Of a stretch of DNA of 36,868 bases, positions 36,400 through 36,868 are shown in pieces (position 1 is the stretch's first letter; every line of letters begins with the position of its first letter). The notes under the pieces were generated by a model. The model saw only the letters and a list, made by a program, of their open reading frames with translations, had not been told where the DNA came from and did not search any database. The DNA lies in the IMG/VR virus record IMGVR_UViG_3300011831_000028; one strand, given 5' to 3'. The position numbers and the translations under genes were made by a program. The DNA is from a virus. Its lineage: Duplodnaviria; Heunggongvirae; Uroviricota; Caudoviricetes.

Positions 36400-36868
36400 A
36401 TTACCACTCTTTAAATCAATGGCTTATACCACCACTTTCCCTTACATGGCGACATCGTCGCGGTAGAACGTTTTATGTGGCTGTAACAGGTAATTAAAAA
36501 CCTGCCAGCGGTGCGTCAGTATCAGTAAGCTAATTCTTCCTGCATTCCTTTCGGATTCTGGAACAAGCCATTCAATATCGAACTCATCTATTTTCACCTC
36601 GAACGCCAGACAGATTGTATTTAGGTTAAAAAATATCAGGTCATTGTCCTAAAAAGCCTCTGCTTGTCATAAACATGATCTGCTTTGAACTTCCATACTA
36701 GTGGCGGGCATACGCTGGAGCGGATAGAAACACGTTATGGAGGGAACAGGAATGAAGTTTTCACGGGCAGTAATGGCAATTGAACTCATCGTACAGGTCT
36801 TAGGGCATGCAGCAAAAAATCGCTCTATTGAGCTGAAGAGCGAGGCCAGTAAACATGTACCATTCTGA

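Noticed and set aside
36752-36868. 38-aa ORF with GGAGGG Shine-Dalgarno in the host flank right of attL
   Set aside because: Too short and not recognised; could be a real small host protein but cannot be supported from sequence alone.
1-36868. CRISPR array or other short tandem direct-repeat cluster
   Set aside because: No regularly spaced short direct repeats found anywhere in the window.

Overview
This window is almost entirely one integrated P2/186-like (peduovirus-type) prophage of about 33.9 kb, inserted downstream of the host transporter gene ybjL. It is bounded by a 22-bp direct repeat (attR 2479-2500, attL 36378-36399). Host genes ybjM and ybjL occupy the left flank. Reading left to right the prophage carries: ogr; the tail genes D, U, T, E/E' (with a -1 frameshift), FII, FI; a Pin/Gin-type DNA invertase with a ~1.7-kb invertible tail-fibre segment; H, I, J, W, V (interrupted by a 10-N assembly gap), S, R; the lysis cassette; head genes L, M, N, O; divergent terminase P and portal Q; a cos-like site; replication gene A; an early operon with a Dam methyltransferase and TraR-like zinc finger; and a 186-type lysogeny switch (cII, apl, cI) ending in int. 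Three accessory loci stand out. The main candidate for a new system is a two-gene, A+T-rich insertion between cI and int: a CI paralogue with two tandem CI-type HTH domains, followed by a KAP-family P-loop NTPase. The second is an A+T-rich 469-aa orphan gene between the portal gene and cos. The third is a LexA-box-fronted small ORF plus DinI-like gene between A and cos. All calls rest on reading the translations and motifs by eye; no database search was run.
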